Numbered from the stretch's first letter, positions 1 to 7,787 are shown. The stretch: DNA of 32,000 nt from Candidatus Nanoarchaeia archaeon (GCA_028279045.1 JANQSZ010000021.1:11303-43302); one strand, 5' to 3'. A program made the numbers and translations. The notes: generated from the letters alone by a model not told the origin.

Positions 1-103
1 CCTCGGAGGGATTGCTGGCGGCCTTCTAGCAAACATTGTGTATGTGTTAGTTGGTGTCTCAGCACTCTACATTGGCTACCTAAAATTCGTAGCTAAGAAA
101 TAA
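1..103 (+). CDS. 3' end of a membrane-protein gene (partial, continues left of window)
   Basis: Frame open from window edge to TAA at 101-103; translates to LGGIAGGLLANIVYVLVGVSALYIGYLKFVAKK*, a TM-like hydrophobic C-terminus. Too short for family assignment. Confidence 0.3.
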   Translation, partial: LGGIAGGLLANIVYVLVGVSALYIGYLKFVAKK

Positions 104-122
104 ATTGATTTTTTTCTTTTTT

Positions 123-545
123 TTATTTCTCCCAATCCGCTTTTTCTCCTTTCACAATCTCAAACAACGGGTGGCACTCTGGCTGTGCATCCTTAAACAA
201 AGCAAATCGCTCAGCATCTCGAACCTGCAATTTTCTCAACAAGTGTTCAAACTCGTACTGCAGTTGTCCATCGCTAACAGGTATTTTCTTTCGTTGTTCT
301 CCTTCAGAAATTTTACTCGCATCAAAAGAGTAACCGCGCTCATCTGCTTCTTTTACAACAGCGCGCAAGTATGTCGCAACAGCAACAACAGGATTTTTCT
401 GTTCCCTAAACCGTTCTAGTTGTGGATGATTTCTATATCCAGACGTGTTTCCTTGCAATACTTTCTGTGCAAGCAGTGTTTCTCTCCACAACGCAACTAA
501 TCCTTTTGCGTCAAGAAATTTCGGATGTAAACTCCAGATTCTCAT
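123..545 (-). CDS. Pyrimidine dimer DNA glycosylase / endonuclease V-like (Pyr_excise family)
   Basis: 140 aa; N-terminus MRIWSLHPKFLDAKGLVALWRETLLAQKVLQGNTSGYRNHPQLERF matches the characteristic start of the short T4-endoV-related pyrimidine dimer glycosylase family as I remember it. Start overlaps the upstream gene stop by 4 nt. Confidence 0.75.
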   Translation of the reverse strand: MRIWSLHPKFLDAKGLVALWRETLLAQKVLQGNTSGYRNHPQLERFREQKNPVVAVATYLRAVVKEADERGYSFDASKISEGEQRKKIPVSDGQLQYEFEHLLRKLQVRDAERFALFKDAQPECHPLFEIVKGEKADWEK

Positions 546-1087
546 CCATGCGCAGCCGTATCGTCGTGCGTATGGCTGTCTCCGCCAGAAATATCAAGAA
601 GTACAGTATCAGATACTTTTTCTCCGCCAATTGTAAAATCTTCGTGGCTATTCGCATTTAATGTAACACGAACTTCGTGCACTCCTTCTCCAGGATTACC
701 AATATGGAACCAGTTTCCATACACGCGACTAATTTTCTTTCCATCAACGTAAATGTGTGCATGTCCTTCTCCGTCAACGTGCTCAGTGCTTGCACGTTCC
801 GGCGAAAAATCAAAATTCTCTGTCATAATATGAATGTTATATCCTGATTCCGGATCTTCATGCACCTCGATTTCAACACTCGGTGCAAAATCAACTTCTA
901 AAGTTTCAGTGTGCATGTGTTCATCATGCACTTCATGAGTTTCCTCATGTGTATCACCGTGAGCGTCGTGTGCTGGTGCAGGAGTACCAAAGTATGTTGC
1001 TCCCAGCATGCCGCCGACAGCTAAGAAAACTACTGCGATTCCAATGAAGAATGCCCAGTCGTATTGTCCCATGATAGCAAGAATCAA
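542..1087 (-). CDS. Histidine-rich membrane-anchored protein, putative metal-binding
   Basis: 181 aa; N-terminal TM helix (WAFFIGIAVVFLAVGGMLGATYF) then HDAHGDTHEETHEVHDEHMH, GEGHAHIYVDGKK and C-terminal GDSHTHDDTAAHG. No confident family name. Confidence 0.6.
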   Translation of the reverse strand: MILAIMGQYDWAFFIGIAVVFLAVGGMLGATYFGTPAPAHDAHGDTHEETHEVHDEHMHTETLEVDFAPSVEIEVHEDPESGYNIHIMTENFDFSPERASTEHVDGEGHAHIYVDGKKISRVYGNWFHIGNPGEGVHEVRVTLNANSHEDFTIGGEKVSDTVLLDISGGDSHTHDDTAAHG

Positions 1088-1094
1088 GCTACTC

Positions 1095-1652
1095 CTATTT
1101 ATTATTTACGTACGTGTACCGAAAACAGCCAGTAACATGATCATTCACCATGCCAGTAGCCTGCATAAATGCGTAGCAAATAGTGCTTCCAACAAACGTC
1201 ATCCCTTCTTTCTTCAGTGCTTTACTCATCGCATCTGATTCATCTGTCATTGCAGGAATGTCTTCCATCCGCTTCCAAGAGTTCTTTTTTCGCGGCGCAA
1301 ACTGCCAAATGTATGCATCAAAACTTCCGTGTTCTTTCTGCAACCGTAGAAACACCTGCGCATTCGTTACGAAAGCCCGCACTTTTAACTTGTTGCGGAC
1401 AATGCCAGCATCCTGCAGCAACGCTTGGATTTTCTTCTCATCGTACTTCGCTATTTTCCGCGCATTAAATCGATCAAACGCCTTTCTATAGTTATCCCGT
1501 TTCTTCAGTATGGTTTCCCAGCTCAGTCCTGCTTGAGCTCCTTCTAACAATAAAAACTCAAACAGCCCACCATCGTCGTGAAGCGGCACTCCCCACTCAT
1601 CGTCATGATACTTCTGATATAATTCCGTGTCCCCTGCCCAGCTACATCGCAT
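1095..1652 (-). CDS. tag: DNA-3-methyladenine glycosylase I
   Basis: 185 aa; CSWAGDTELYQKYHDDEWGVP, EGAQAGLSWETILKKR, IVRNKLK and a C-terminal HVTGC motif are typical Tag features. Confidence 0.9.
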   Translation of the reverse strand: MRCSWAGDTELYQKYHDDEWGVPLHDDGGLFEFLLLEGAQAGLSWETILKKRDNYRKAFDRFNARKIAKYDEKKIQALLQDAGIVRNKLKVRAFVTNAQVFLRLQKEHGSFDAYIWQFAPRKKNSWKRMEDIPAMTDESDAMSKALKKEGMTFVGSTICYAFMQATGMVNDHVTGCFRYTYVNNK

Positions 1653-1692
1653 AGGAAAACCAATAAATAGAATCCTTAAATGCTTTTTGGGT

Positions 1693-2088
1693 ATGCCCAG
1701 TGAGAGAGATTATCAAGCGTGGTACATGGAAGCACTACATCAAGCAAGGCCGCGGTGGCTTTCGTATTGCGATATTGAGGAATATATTGTTCAAGCAGAC
1801 AAAGATAGCAAGAGCAGCTTTAATCCGCTCAGGGCTGAGATTTTTATTCTTGTTCCTATGAGTCTTCTGACATTTTCCCTTGAACAGCAAGGTTGGGTTG
1901 AAGAAAGTAAACAATCATATCCCCCACCAACATCAGAGTTTGTACATTTCGAAGAACATGAACGACATGGGTATCTTGGTGATGAATGCAATTACGTTCG
2001 TCTGACAGAAGGCGGCATCCGTGAACGTGCAGAGCGCATCCAACATGAAGAGGGATTAGAAGGGACATTCGCACCTCAACCTATTTAA
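1693..2088 (+). CDS. Hypothetical protein
   Basis: ORF-track frame 1627..2088. ATG at 1693 lies about 20 nt downstream of a TATA-like AATAAATAGA (1663-1672), the same geometry as other first genes here. No recognisable domain. Confidence 0.4.
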   Translation: MPSERDYQAWYMEALHQARPRWLSYCDIEEYIVQADKDSKSSFNPLRAEIFILVPMSLLTFSLEQQGWVEESKQSYPPPTSEFVHFEEHERHGYLGDECNYVRLTEGGIRERAERIQHEEGLEGTFAPQPI

Positions 2089-2125
2089 CAAAAATAATTT
2101 AAACAATTCTTCCCAGAGAACTATC

Positions 2126-2224
2126 ATGGCAAACCTTTGTACATCCTGCGGAGACAAGATGGAAATCGACGAACCACTAAAGGAAAAGTGCAAGAACTGC
2201 GAAGATCAACCTGGTGATGAATAA
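2126..2224 (+). CDS. Small zinc-ribbon-like protein (32 aa), below the ORF-track size cut-off
   Basis: Hand translation MANLCTSCGDKMEIDEPLKEKCKNCEDQPGDE* has two CxxC pairs. A-rich TATA-like AAAAATAATTTAAAC lies about 20-25 nt upstream. Confidence 0.3.
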   Translation: MANLCTSCGDKMEIDEPLKEKCKNCEDQPGDE

Positions 2225-2652
2225 GAAAGCTCTGGACGCACAGCATCATATAAATTTCCCAGTGCAAGGTTTAAGTTCCCTGTATAGATTGCTTCTTCTC
2301 GTTCACTCAGTTTCCAGGGTCTCCATCGCGACGCTCTTGGGTTCAGGTCAGCACCAATAGTTTCATTATTGAGATCGTCCACAATACCTTCAACAACACC
2401 TATAACACCATCCGAATGCGCAAGCAATGCATCTCTGAGTTCCACACTGTCAGAGATATTCGCAACAAGAGAATGTTCGCGAATTCTTTTTCGCAACGTT
2501 CCACGCATGCGGCCTCTCCAATCACTCAGCAATACATACGATGGATCCCTGTCAGTATAAACGATCACACCAGATTCACGTATGACATCAGTAAAGAAGT
2601 CTATGTCCCCTTGGATTCTTCTCAGTCTTTGATGCAGTATCTGCTCATCCAT
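2206..2652 (-). CDS. Hypothetical protein
   Basis: ORF 2206..2685. The internal ATG at 2652 (MDEQILHQ...) sits about 20 nt downstream of the TATA-like GTATTTAAAATTC on the minus strand, and the longer start would lie inside that TATA. No recognisable domain. Confidence 0.45.
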   Translation of the reverse strand: MDEQILHQRLRRIQGDIDFFTDVIRESGVIVYTDRDPSYVLLSDWRGRMRGTLRKRIREHSLVANISDSVELRDALLAHSDGVIGVVEGIVDDLNNETIGADLNPRASRWRPWKLSEREEAIYTGNLNLALGNLYDAVRPELSYSSPG

Positions 2653-2726
2653 CCTCAAATGTAACCAACTGAATTTTAAATACATTCCCCATTACATCTA
2701 TATAGTTCAACGCAATACAATCAACA

Positions 2727-3125
2727 ATGAAACCGACCATTGTCGCAGCAGCAATCATAAGAAAAGCAGACAAGATCCTTGTCTCTCAGCGCCAAGAAGG
2801 CAGTTTCGATGCCGGGAAGTGGGAGTTCCCTGGGGGCAAGATCGAATTTCTCGAGCATCCCGAAGATGCCCTCATCAGAGAAATCAGGGAAGAGCTCAAC
2901 ATCACAGTTAGTGTAGACAAACTCTTCACCATTAATTCGCATGTCTACGACAGACCAGACGGCAAGCGCCATATTATCTTACTCGTTTTCCTAACAGACT
3001 ATGTAGATGGCGAAGTCGAACATCTCGAAGTTCAAGATTCCAAGTGGACAACTATTCCAGAACTAAATGATTTAGATTTCACCGCTGCCGACTTACCAAT
3101 AATAAAAGAACTTATCGAGCAATAA
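2727..3125 (+). CDS. NUDIX hydrolase (MutT-like nucleoside triphosphate pyrophosphohydrolase)
   Basis: 132 aa; Nudix box GGKIEFLEHPEDALIREIREELN (GX5EX7REUXEEXGU pattern). Confidence 0.85.
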   Translation: MKPTIVAAAIIRKADKILVSQRQEGSFDAGKWEFPGGKIEFLEHPEDALIREIREELNITVSVDKLFTINSHVYDRPDGKRHIILLVFLTDYVDGEVEHLEVQDSKWTTIPELNDLDFTAADLPIIKELIEQ

Positions 3126-5292
3126 CTTCTTCTACCGCAATTTCATCGATGAAGTACGGTTCTGGATAGTACTTGCGTTCTTCGTACGGCAGGTCAACTT
3201 CGCTAATCTTTTCAAGATCATCTAAGTCGTGCGCGTGAATTTCTGTTTGCGATACCGTATACAGCGTATCATCCATGTACAGTGATCGTCGCACTGCTGA
3301 CGGCGAACTATACCAGTAATGGTCGCCATACTCATTACTTGCATGACTTATTTTTCCACGTTCTTCAAATCCATCCTCATTAAGAGTAAATACGTATGCA
3401 CCCTGCCAGTATCTCTGCCTAACATATCCTCGCCGAGGATCAAACGAACTCGTGTCAACAATTTCTCGAATCGGCAACACTAACAGTTCACGTTCCTTAT
3501 CAAATAAGAACGCTTTGTGATCGCGCAAAGCTTCTGAATCAGTTCCTCGATCTCCAATCTCAACTTGATCAAGTACTGTTGGATTGCTAACATCAGAAAC
3601 ATCAAACAGCGCTACCTTAACTCCTTTGATCGATATCCCGCCCCATTGGTTGTCAGAAGTTTCTTTTCCAACACCAATCACGTGATTCTCATCAAAAGGA
3701 TGTAAGTAGTCTGAAAATCCCGGTATCTTCAACTCGCCAAGTATTTTCGGCGTATCCTCGCTAAGGTCAATAACAAAGAATGGATCAATCCGCTCAAATG
3801 TAACCATGTACAGGCGATCTCCCATAAACCGAGCACTAAAGATGGTCTCGTCTTCTGCAATACCTTCAAGCTTTCCAAGTTCTTCAAGGTCCTCATCTAA
3901 AACATATACATTATTGAACGCAATTCGTCCTGATCGTGAGTTCCACAGTTCAGTGGTCGTTGCAATTCTGAATTTACCATCATGCTCATCCATGCTAAAT
4001 TGATTCAGCACGCGTCCAGGTACTTCTCCCCTAGTAACATAATCAATATCTCCTGCATCAATCGCAATTTTATGCACAACAGTTTGCCTGAGTTTTTGTT
4101 CTTGCCGTACATCGTATTCATCAACTGCTTTTGCAATTCTTTCAACCAGTTCATCAAGTTCATCTTCATCGCGGGTGTTATACATGTTCTGCATGACAGC
4201 AGCAATCTTGTCCCATTGTTCTGGCTTGGAAATATCGCTGTCCCGTATCTGTTCAATTTCCTCGCGAACGTCGCGCGGCAAAAAGAGCACAACAGCTTCA
4301 AAGAATCGTTCTTCCCTGTTGGTTTCATACCATTGCCACGGTGGATTTTTCTGGTAGGTAATGTAGATGTTCTCTTCTGAAACATACATGGTGTTTCCTT
4401 GACCAAGCAGGTATGTCTTTGCGTTAATCGTATCGTCATCTGACGTAATGTCAAAGCTTGCTACGGTGTTAAATCCGTAGTTGCGCTCCGGATTATCAAA
4501 ATAAAACACGCGAGGCTCAACCAATACTTCACCACCTTCTCGGATTGCAGGCATCGGCAAAATGTCATTATAGAACCATACATTCTCATTCGTTACAAAG
4601 TAAACGTGATCTCCGATCATGCGTGCTTGGAAGTAGTTACCAGTAACTTCATACTCGTTAACAACCTCTGGATCGCTTCGATCGCTAATGTCATAAATGG
4701 TAACTCGTGTAATAGACTCGGACCTTGGCACAGGCAAGAATTCATATTCAGGTATGGTGATGCGTTCTTCCCAGTCCCGAGAAAACACAACCAAGCGGTC
4801 GCCGTTAACAAACATTTGCTGCGGTGTTCCTTCAATATCTGTTTCCGACAACACTTCAGCATCGTCAGCTGGAAACGCATCCACAATCGCCAACACAGTA
4901 CCACTTAATACGTAAATGTACTTGCCGTCATTCTTGACAAAGTCTGCTTCATCTACACCTTGTACTTGTACATTTGTTTCTGAGTACTCGGCTGCTGGAG
5001 CTGCGCTTGGAGCAGTCGCCGCTCCGTCGGCAGATTCAGCTACTGCCATGGTTCGAACAGCCATGTCGTTCATAGCTACCATGCCGCCACCGAAGAACCC
5101 AAAGTTTGATTTGCTGGATTCTTGCTGGTTTTCCTGCAGGTAGTTTTTAATTTCCTGACTTGAGCTGAATGATTTAATAGTTTGGAAAGGCGTTGTATCT
5201 TCAACTTCCCCTGGACTTGGTTCTGGCGTAGCTACACATGCAGCGAGCAAAACCAATCCTGCGATCAAGTAATGTGCGTTTTTCATAATCAT
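3112..5292 (-). CDS. Secreted beta-propeller domain protein (Beta_propel family), probable lipoprotein
   Basis: 726 aa; signal peptide with lipobox-like LLAAC; YSETNVQVQGVDEADFVKNDGKYIYVLSG matches the family's conserved N-terminal block as I remember it. Confidence 0.75.
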   Translation of the reverse strand: MIMKNAHYLIAGLVLLAACVATPEPSPGEVEDTTPFQTIKSFSSSQEIKNYLQENQQESSKSNFGFFGGGMVAMNDMAVRTMAVAESADGAATAPSAAPAAEYSETNVQVQGVDEADFVKNDGKYIYVLSGTVLAIVDAFPADDAEVLSETDIEGTPQQMFVNGDRLVVFSRDWEERITIPEYEFLPVPRSESITRVTIYDISDRSDPEVVNEYEVTGNYFQARMIGDHVYFVTNENVWFYNDILPMPAIREGGEVLVEPRVFYFDNPERNYGFNTVASFDITSDDDTINAKTYLLGQGNTMYVSEENIYITYQKNPPWQWYETNREERFFEAVVLFLPRDVREEIEQIRDSDISKPEQWDKIAAVMQNMYNTRDEDELDELVERIAKAVDEYDVRQEQKLRQTVVHKIAIDAGDIDYVTRGEVPGRVLNQFSMDEHDGKFRIATTTELWNSRSGRIAFNNVYVLDEDLEELGKLEGIAEDETIFSARFMGDRLYMVTFERIDPFFVIDLSEDTPKILGELKIPGFSDYLHPFDENHVIGVGKETSDNQWGGISIKGVKVALFDVSDVSNPTVLDQVEIGDRGTDSEALRDHKAFLFDKERELLVLPIREIVDTSSFDPRRGYVRQRYWQGAYVFTLNEDGFEERGKISHASNEYGDHYWYSSPSAVRRSLYMDDTLYTVSQTEIHAHDLDDLEKISEVDLPYEERKYYPEPYFIDEIAVEEVIAR

Positions 5293-5335
5293 AGGGAATA
5301 CCTTCAGTTATAAATACCCATTCAAGACTTCAAAT

Positions 5336-5974
5336 CTATTTAAACTTATGTCTGGCTACCCGCCATACAACAAGAACACTAATGATAAAGAGTGCACCGA
5401 CCAAAAACCAGAGTGCAGCGTTTGCTTCGACAACAATCAAATCACCACCGTAAGTAGCAACGTTCGCTGCTTGATCAGCAGATTCTTCCGCTACTTGTGC
5501 AGCTAAAGGAAGCGCTTCCGCAGCATCAGCTTCTGCAATCCTGCTTGTAGGCGCAACTGCCTTTTCCTGTACACTTGCAAACTGAACACTTTGAAAAAAG
5601 TTCAACACCAGAGCAGCTCCGCCAGCTAACGCAACCAAAGGCAGTATTCCTTTCAACTTGCTTGCAAGCCCCTCGGTATTTTTTGGCGCAATGATGATGT
5701 ACTTATTAGCCAATTTGTAATGATTCACTTCTCGTCCTTTCTTACTATAGTGAAATTCTTCAACAACAACGAGGCCAGCATCAACAAGCTGCTGCAAATT
5801 ATAATGAACAGTAGAAAGCGCCATGCCTAACCCTTTAGCCAGTTCACTTTCTGTTTGATCTTTCTCAGCAAGCGCATCTAGTATCTTCCGAGCAGTCTCA
5901 CTACCCACAACATTTGCTACCGTCTTTGCCTTCTTGTCATCCAATGATACAAGAACAAAGTTCTCTTTTGCCAT
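5336..5974 (-). CDS. ArsR-type winged-helix transcriptional regulator with C-terminal TM segments
   Basis: 212 aa; ARKILDALAEKDQTESELAKGLGMALSTVHYNLQQLVDAGLV is an ArsR/SmtB-type HTH. Two hydrophobic segments (ILPLVALAGGAALVL, ALWFLVGALFIISVLVVW) lie in the C-terminal half. Confidence 0.75.
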   Translation of the reverse strand: MAKENFVLVSLDDKKAKTVANVVGSETARKILDALAEKDQTESELAKGLGMALSTVHYNLQQLVDAGLVVVEEFHYSKKGREVNHYKLANKYIIIAPKNTEGLASKLKGILPLVALAGGAALVLNFFQSVQFASVQEKAVAPTSRIAEADAAEALPLAAQVAEESADQAANVATYGGDLIVVEANAALWFLVGALFIISVLVVWRVARHKFK

Positions 5975-6033
5975 AGAACACTAGAAGTAGCTCCTTTTTA
6001 AAAGAGTTACCGTAGCTTCAATCCTGATAGAAG

Positions 6034-6669
6034 CTATTCTAGTTGAGAAAGCGCATCATCAATGTCTTCAAGAGTCGGAATAACAACATCTGCTTCCTTG
6101 AGAAATTCAGCAGCAGTTGTTGAGCAGACCGCAATGCAGCGCATTCCTGCTGCTTTTGCGGCTTGTACTCCCACAACGCTGTCTTCTATGGCAACGCAGT
6201 CCGCAGCATCAATGCCAAGTTTCTCTGCACACGTTTCATAAATTTCAGGGTGTGGTTTGTAGTGGCGTACGTCATCTCCGCTAACAGTTGCAGTAAAGCA
6301 GGTCTCAAGCCCGAAGAGCTTTACAACAAAGTCGATATTAACTCGGTTAGAAAGGGATGCAATGCCCAAGGTATGTGTTTCGTTCAACTTCTTCACGCTT
6401 TCAATTGCGCCAGGCAACGGCCGCACATACTTTGCTGCATGTTTATGCATCGCGGCATTCTTCTCTTCAATAATGGTGTCGATCTCTTCCTGAGTAAAGT
6501 GTGGGAAGAACTGTTCCAAAAAAGTTGCACTACGTATGCCAATGTAATCATCATAGCGTTCATCCTTCAACTGAATGCCGCGTTGAGCAAGAAGATCTTG
6601 AAGAATTTTAAATTGTGATTCTTCTGTATCAGTAAGCACGCCGTCCATATCGTAGATTATCGCTTTCAT
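6034..6669 (-). CDS. HAD-IA family hydrolase (beta-phosphoglucomutase-like phosphatase)
   Basis: 211 aa; motif I IYDMDGVLTDTE, motif III K (HYKPHPE), motif IV EDSVVGVQAAKAAG. Confidence 0.85.
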   Translation of the reverse strand: MKAIIYDMDGVLTDTEESQFKILQDLLAQRGIQLKDERYDDYIGIRSATFLEQFFPHFTQEEIDTIIEEKNAAMHKHAAKYVRPLPGAIESVKKLNETHTLGIASLSNRVNIDFVVKLFGLETCFTATVSGDDVRHYKPHPEIYETCAEKLGIDAADCVAIEDSVVGVQAAKAAGMRCIAVCSTTAAEFLKEADVVIPTLEDIDDALSQLE

Positions 6670-7172
6670 TGTAACAGCATATCGCTATTCGACAACCCAA
6701 CAACATCGTCATTCGTAAATCCAAACAGCTTCATGTACTCCTCGCATTGCTCCCGCAACTGCTCTTCAGTGTACGTTCCCCGCAAATCACGAGCTTCAAT
6801 TTCTACAAATTTCCCCAGCCCTTTGACATCATCAAGGTGCAGCTTCACATTATCAATAAAATAAATTTCACGAACCTTGTCAACAATAACCAATACACCA
6901 AGCGCAGCGCTCAACAACTTCTTCAGTTCAACAAGTTCGTCTCCCTGATACAGCATAAACTCTGATGTTTCTGGTTGCTTAGAATTTCCACGTTGATAAA
7001 AGATAAGTGCATTCTCGATATTTCCTTCGCGCATCTTCAACCGCCCTTTCGGAACCCGAAAGTACGTATCAATTTGGTGATCTTTTCCGTGAAACACTCC
7101 TTCATTTTCTTGAATAAGCGCACGAATTTTGTCGTGATCCTCGCATTTTAATTTTACTTCAACATTAAACAT
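6666..7172 (-). CDS. CYTH-domain protein (class IV adenylate cyclase / triphosphatase-like)
   Basis: ORF 6666..7256 begins with GTG. I prefer ATG at 7172 (MFNVEVKLK...), giving the ExExK-like N-terminus and a C-terminal VEIEA strand typical of CYTH/CyaB. Stop overlaps the HAD start by 4 nt. Confidence 0.65.
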   Translation of the reverse strand: MFNVEVKLKCEDHDKIRALIQENEGVFHGKDHQIDTYFRVPKGRLKMREGNIENALIFYQRGNSKQPETSEFMLYQGDELVELKKLLSAALGVLVIVDKVREIYFIDNVKLHLDDVKGLGKFVEIEARDLRGTYTEEQLREQCEEYMKLFGFTNDDVVGLSNSDMLLQ

Positions 7173-7315
7173 AAACCAACAAATTTTCCCTGCTTTAACA
7201 ATGTTTCGGACGTTCTCACAGGACATCCGGAAGATGTTCGTCGTCGAGGATTTCACTGGACACGATTTTGGTGCGCGTAGCGAATAAGAAGAAGTGCCGA
7301 CATAGAATGTTTTTT

Positions 7316-7386
7316 GCCGGCGTAGGCAAGTCTGGCAAGCCGCTTAGTTCAGAACTAAGTGTCCGTAAGGACTCCTGGGTTCAAAA
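7316..7386 (+). pseudogene. Orphan 5' body of a tRNA-Leu(CAG)-like gene (acceptor 5' strand through T-loop; no 3' T-stem or acceptor strand)
   Basis: Hand fold: GCCGGCG / TA / GGC-AAGTCTGGCAA-GCC / G / CTTAG-TTCAGAA-CTAAG (anticodon CAG) / variable T-GTCC-GTAA-GGAC-T / CTGGG-TTCAAAA. The required CCCAG+CGCCGGC is not found within several hundred nt on either side. Confidence 0.45.
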
Positions 7387-7492
7387 ACTTTTCGAGAAAA
7401 ATGAGAAAGAAAAAAGCAGCTGCCTCAGCAGCCAGTTACTTTTCACCCAATAACACATGTAAGGAAATCAAATTAATAAATTTTGCGGTAAA

Positions 7493-7600
7493 GCCGGGGT
7501 GGCAGAGTCTGGCCTAATGCGCTGGCCTCAGAAGTCAGTTACTTTTCACCCGAAAGGTGCGCGGGTTCGAAATGGTAACACGGAAGTCCCGTCCCCGGCG
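7493..7600 (+). tRNA. tRNA-Leu(CAG) with an apparent 15-nt insertion at the 3' side of the T-loop and an enlarged variable region
   Basis: Acceptor GCCGGGG (7493-7499) pairs 7/7 with CCCCGGC (7593-7599). Anticodon arm CTGGC-CTCAGAA-GTCAG. T-stem GCGGG (7561-7565), loop TTCGAAA, 3' strand CCCGT (7588-7592), separated by TGGTAACACGGAAGT (7573-7587). AT-rich TATA-like AAATTAATAAATTTT lies about 15-28 nt upstream. Confidence 0.65.
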
Positions 7601-7619
7601 CCGTAACACTCCTTTCGGT

Positions 7620-7658
7620 GCCGCGGCAGCTCGAACTTCGTCGGGAAACTGCCGCGGC
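7620..7658. repeat. Perfect 10-bp GC-rich inverted repeat (hairpin) just downstream of tRNA-Leu(CAG)
   Basis: GCCGCGGCAG (7620-7629) and CTGCCGCGGC (7649-7658) are exact reverse complements with a 19-nt spacer. Confidence 0.7.
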
Positions 7659-7787
7659 TAACAATCATGGAATGGGAAATATCATTGAAAAAATTTGCAG
7701 ATAACGGAATAGTGTACAAAGTAACGAGAAGAATGCCTGCATTGCACGTTGCAGAAACAAGGTTCTTTTCTTCAAGAGAAAGAGCAC

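Noticed and set aside
105-419. 104-aa + strand ORF with a Phe/Leu-rich product
   Set aside because: It is antisense to the well-supported pyrimidine dimer glycosylase gene.
3806-5143. Multiple 60-150 aa ORFs on both strands inside 3112-5292
   Set aside because: All are nested within the continuous 726-aa beta-propeller protein ORF, which has a signal peptide and a conserved family block.
7268-7453. 61-aa + ORF, and the 81-aa minus-strand ORF 7546-7791, in the tRNA-Leu region
   Set aside because: Both overlap tRNA or tRNA-like sequence and the GC-rich hairpin. The region is better explained as RNA genes and relics.
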